Shown in pieces: positions 1 to 593 of a DNA stretch of 593 bases. The notes under the pieces were generated by a model that made no database searches, had not been told where the DNA came from, and saw only the letters and a program-made list of their open reading frames with translations. The stretch lies in sequence record AF056266.1, one strand, 5' to 3'. The position numbers and the translations under genes are program-made. The DNA comes from a phage. How positions within the stretch are numbered: position 1 is the first letter of the stretch; each line of letters begins with the position of its first letter.

Positions 1-30
1 AAAAATGNCCCTCTTTGATGGNGGTTTGCC

Positions 31-177
31 ATGAAAGGTCCATATTCTTATGTCACCATTACCATCGATTATACTTATACTCCTGACCATGAACAGAAGG
101 TTGAGAAATACTTGTACCCGCAGCTAGTCTATGCATTGTATCACCCACTAGTTTCTTACGACCGAAGCAGGTTCTAG
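31..177 (+). CDS. Candidate small ORF (48 codons plus stop), tyrosine-rich hypothetical peptide
   Basis: ATG at 31-33 runs to TAG at 175-177: MKGPYSYVTITIDYTYTPDHEQKVEKYLYPQLVYALYHPLVSYDRSRF. Nine of 48 residues are Tyr. The in-frame stop TGA at 16-18 lies just upstream. The 5' end sits in the low-quality start of the read (N at 22). It overlaps the minus-strand ORF antisense, so at most one is likely real. Confidence 0.1.
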   Translation: MKGPYSYVTITIDYTYTPDHEQKVEKYLYPQLVYALYHPLVSYDRSRF

Positions 178-208
178 TATTGGAATCCGTTTCATCGAAA
201 CAGATCAT
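59..208 (-). CDS. Candidate small ORF (49 codons plus stop), hypothetical, no recognised homology
   Basis: ATG at plus 206-208 (read on minus) runs to TAA at plus 59-61: MICFDETDSNTRTCFGRKKLVGDTMHRLAAGTSISQPSVHGQEYKYNRW. This is the ATG-initiated part of stretch C above. It overlaps the plus-strand ORF 31-177 antisense. No upstream signals assessed. Confidence 0.1.
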   Translation of the reverse strand: MICFDETDSNTRTCFGRKKLVGDTMHRLAAGTSISQPSVHGQEYKYNRW

Positions 209-244
209 TGGGCTGTCCCCAATATAGAAATCCAGGGAATCCGT
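182..244. repeat. Exact 9-bp direct repeat GGAATCCGT at 182-190 and 236-244, 54 bp apart
   Basis: Read directly from the sequence. The flanks diverge immediately (t/g at 181/235, t/c at 191/245). The 54-bp spacing keeps the copies in frame for any coding reading. Confidence 0.3.
189..223. repeat. Two adjacent small inverted repeats (potential hairpins): GTTTC-atc-GAAAC at 189-201 and ATTGGG-ctgtc-CCCAAT at 207-223
   Basis: Complementarity checked by hand: 5-bp stem with 3-nt loop, and 6-bp stem with 5-nt loop. Neither is followed by a T-run, and stems this short are expected about once by chance in ~600 bp. Confidence 0.25.
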
Positions 245-593
245 CTATTTCTCCTTCCGAAAAAGCATAGACTACATACACTATATTANGGTTATTTAGC
301 TCAGTATCTGCAAAAATAGGGATACCAGGAATTTTCTGAACCCATATACAANAGGTATAAATTTATCTGCTAAGTTAAAGTCCAGGTCCACTTCCTTAGT
401 TACAGTCTCATAATACTTTTTAAAACTGTACTTCTTGATAGANCAGGGAACCTCNTCTTGGACTGAAGTTTATAGCTTCTTCTTNACTTATACTAGCCTA
501 AGATAATTGTTCTGTATNAGAATGGAAGAATCNGATCCCTTGAATTTCCGANCTTTACCCCCTTNGAAGGTTGTATTGTNNCNAACACTTCCA

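Larger units (their letters stand above)
152..316 (+). other. Plus-strand open frame without a start codon (55 codons), antisense to minus-strand stretches B and C
   Basis: Plus frame 2 between TAG at 149-151 and TAG at 317-319: FLTTEAGSSIGIRFIETDHWAVPNIEIQGIRLFLLPKKHRLHTLY?GYLAQYLQK. It has no ATG, and the codon tan at 287-289 could be a stop. The 9-bp direct repeat encodes GIR twice in this frame. Confidence 0.08.
62..469 (-). other. Tiled minus-strand open frames, possibly one coding fragment broken by two frameshifts; product unknown
   Basis: Hand translation of the reverse complement gives three stop-free stretches. Stretch A spans plus 299-469 (57 codons, stops at 470-472 and 296-298): TSVQ(D/E)EVP?SIKKYSFKKYYETVTKEVDLDFNLADKFIP?VYGFRKFLVSLFLQILS. 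Stretch B spans plus 195-362 (56 codons, stops at 363-365 and 192-194): IYT?CIWVQKIPGIPIFADTELNN?NIVYVVYAFSEGEIDGFPGFLYWGQPNDLFR. Stretch C spans plus 62-244 (61 codons, stops at 245-247 and 59-61): TDSLDFYIGDSPMICFDETDSNTRTCFGRKKLVGDTMHRLAAGTSISQPSVHGQEYKYNRW. A and C share one frame and B is offset by one base. The A/B overlap (299-362) contains the N at 352; the B/C overlap (195-244) has no N. A codon tgn at plus 443-445 could itself be a stop. No family recognised. Confidence 0.15.

Noticed and set aside
356-362. TATAAAT, a perfect TATA-box-like or -10-like heptamer on the plus strand
   Set aside because: AT-rich heptamers of this kind occur by chance in AT-rich DNA. No partner element (-35, initiator, downstream ORF with start) is in a convincing position, and it lies inside the minus-strand open frame B.
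73-494. 9-bp direct repeat ACTTATACT at 73-81 and 486-494
   Set aside because: A single 9-mer match about 400 bp apart is within chance expectation for AT-biased sequence, and the second copy is in the low-quality tail (N at 485).
533-538. nGATCC (BamHI site if N is G); also GATC at 203-206 and ATCGAT (ClaI) at 64-69
   Set aside because: Restriction sites occur by chance and none coincides with a read end, so there is no evidence of a cloning junction or vector sequence.
558-562. C5 homopolymer
   Set aside because: It lies in the low-quality 3' tail between Ns at 552 and 565 and is likely a base-calling artefact.
1-593. Searched for CRISPR repeats, tRNA or rRNA signatures, poly-A signal (AATAAA or its complement), terminal inverted repeats and long tandem repeats
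   Set aside because: None found: no direct repeats of 20 bp or more, no T-loop-like GTTCGA motif with cloverleaf context, no AATAAA or TTTATT, no terminal inverted repeats.
1-593. A novel defence or other multi-gene biological system
   Set aside because: The window holds at most one short, unverified coding fragment with no recognisable domain. 593 error-prone bases give no operon context, no signature motifs and no repeat architecture to support such a claim.

Overview
This 593-base window looks like a single-pass, low-quality read, and I cannot support any confident gene, RNA gene, mobile element or CRISPR call from it. It carries 14 ambiguous bases (N at 8, 22, 289, 352, 443, 455, 485, 518, 533, 552, 565, 580, 581, 583), clustered at the start and after about position 440. 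The sequence is AT-rich by eye (composition not computed) and shows no prokaryotic operon-like organisation. All translations were done by hand and should be re-checked by machine. The most notable pattern is three long stop-free stretches on the minus strand that tile plus 62-469 in reading frames that alternate; the first overlap contains the N at 352. This fits one coding fragment broken by frameshifts (base-calling indels or a pseudogene), but I do not recognise the peptides and the run lengths are only modestly above chance for AT-rich DNA. Two small complete ORFs (plus 31-177, minus 59-208) overlap antisense, so the coding strand is unresolved. I see no evidence for a novel biological system; the window is too short and too error-prone to support one.
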